Positions 62,983 to 64,000 of a stretch of 64,000 nt of DNA are shown here, piece after piece. The notes below the pieces were generated by a model, which searched no databases, was not told the origin of the DNA, and was given only the letters and a program-made list of their open reading frames with translations. The translations under genes and the position numbers were made by a program. The number at the start of each line of letters is the position of its first letter. Within the stretch, counting starts at the first letter, position 1. This stretch comes from an uncultured delta proteobacterium (GTDB lineage Bacteria > Desulfobacterota > Binatia > Binatales > Binataceae), in assembly GCA_963842085.1 (NCBI GenBank), contig CAWJET010000001.1, positions 864,001-928,000 of the forward strand, written 5' to 3'.

Positions 62983-64000
62983 ATGCCCAAGGCAGCCAGC
63001 AAGCAGCAAGAGCCCTCCGGACCTTTTGGGGATATGTTCCCCTATCGCGAAACCTTCGAGACCTACCACGAACTACCCAAGAAGGGCCGCCCGCACGAGG
63101 AGATCATGCGCAAGTTGCGCAGCATCGCGCGCCAGGAGGACGCGCGCTGGCAGAGCGGCCAGATCTCGGGCACTTACTTCCACGGCGGGATGGAGCACTA
63201 TGCCTACCTCAACCGCGTGTTCGCGCTCTTCTCGCACGTCAACCTGCTGCACCGCGACATGTGCCCGAGCGGCACCAAATTCGAGGGCGAGATAATCGCG
63301 ATGACCGCCCGGATGCTGGGCGCGGAGCTCGCGCGCGAGAACGACCCGCAGGCCGACGTATGCGGGGCGATCACTTCGGGCGGCACCGAGAGTGTCATCC
63401 TGCCGATGCTGGCGTATCGGGAGAAAGCCAGGGCCGAGCGCGGGATCACGGCGCCCGAGATGGTGGCGCCGGAGACGATTCATCCGGCGTTTTCCAAGGG
63501 CGCGCATTTTTTCGGCATCAAGTTGATTCGCGTGCCGGTCGGAGCCGATTACCTGGCCGACGTGGACGCGATGCGGCGCGCGATCGGGCCCAACACCATC
63601 GCGATTGCGGGTTCGGCAGCGAATTTCCCCCACGGGTTGATCGATCCGATCGAGAAGTTGTCCGAGCTGGCGCTTGAAGCCGGCGTCGGCCTGCATGTCG
63701 ATAGCTGCTTCGGCGGTTTCATCCTGCCGTGGATCGCAAAGCTCGGTTACGATGTTCCGGCGTTCGACTTCCGCCTGCCTGGCGTCACCTCGATGTCCTG
63801 CGATACGCACAAATGGGCTTACGGGCTCAAGGGCGCGTCGGTCGTGCTATATCGCAATCGCGCGTTGCGCCGGCGCATGTACTTCACAATGAACGACTGG
63901 CAGGGCGGGTTGTATGCGGCGCCCACAGTGGCGGGCACGCGCTCGGAGGGAATCAGCGCGTCAACCTGGGCGGCGATGGTCACGCTCGGCGAGGAGGGCT
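62983..64000 (+). CDS. PLP-dependent decarboxylase / sphingosine-1-phosphate lyase-like protein; runs off the right edge
   Basis: Not in the ORF track. AAGGAG RBS; N.LH.D.CP, TSGGTES, HVDSCFGGF, SCDTHKW (PLP Lys). Confidence 0.88.
   Translation, partial: MPKAASKQQEPSGPFGDMFPYRETFETYHELPKKGRPHEEIMRKLRSIARQEDARWQSGQISGTYFHGGMEHYAYLNRVFALFSHVNLLHRDMCPSGTKFEGEIIAMTARMLGAELARENDPQADVCGAITSGGTESVILPMLAYREKARAERGITAPEMVAPETIHPAFSKGAHFFGIKLIRVPVGADYLADVDAMRRAIGPNTIAIAGSAANFPHGLIDPIEKLSELALEAGVGLHVDSCFGGFILPWIAKLGYDVPAFDFRLPGVTSMSCDTHKWAYGLKGASVVLYRNRALRRRMYFTMNDWQGGLYAAPTVAGTRSEGISASTWAAMVTLGEEG

Overview
GC-rich bacterial chromosome segment. The proteins look deltaproteobacterial-grade, plausibly Candidatus Binatota; this is an inference I cannot verify. 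About half the window (11.2-44.1 kb, minus strand) is the complete translation/transcription superoperon: tRNA-Thr/Tyr/Gly/Thr, rpmG, tRNA-Trp, secE-nusG-rplKAJL, rpoBC, str, S10, spc and alpha clusters. To its left are a cupredoxin / cytochrome c / TolC / RND-adaptor cluster, clpB, a Crp/Fnr regulator and tldD-pmbA. To its right are rlmB, lptFG, a flavin reductase / GH88-105 / beta-decarboxylating dehydrogenase operon, a DUF971-like gene, a TPR protein and moaA. Directly after the moaA stop codon is a ~8 kb degraded accessory island. It holds iteron-like and tandem repeats, a frameshifted Cys/His microprotein between 28-bp direct repeats and an orphan small terminase. It also holds a ~4.1 kb unit bracketed by two degenerate tRNA-like 3' ends, containing a large serine recombinase, a DUF2924-like gene, a divergent Zn-ribbon protein and a multi-hairpin non-coding stretch. 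That unit is the best candidate for an undescribed system. The window ends in a sphingosine-1-phosphate-lyase-like PLP enzyme. All family calls come from motif recognition by eye, not database searches.
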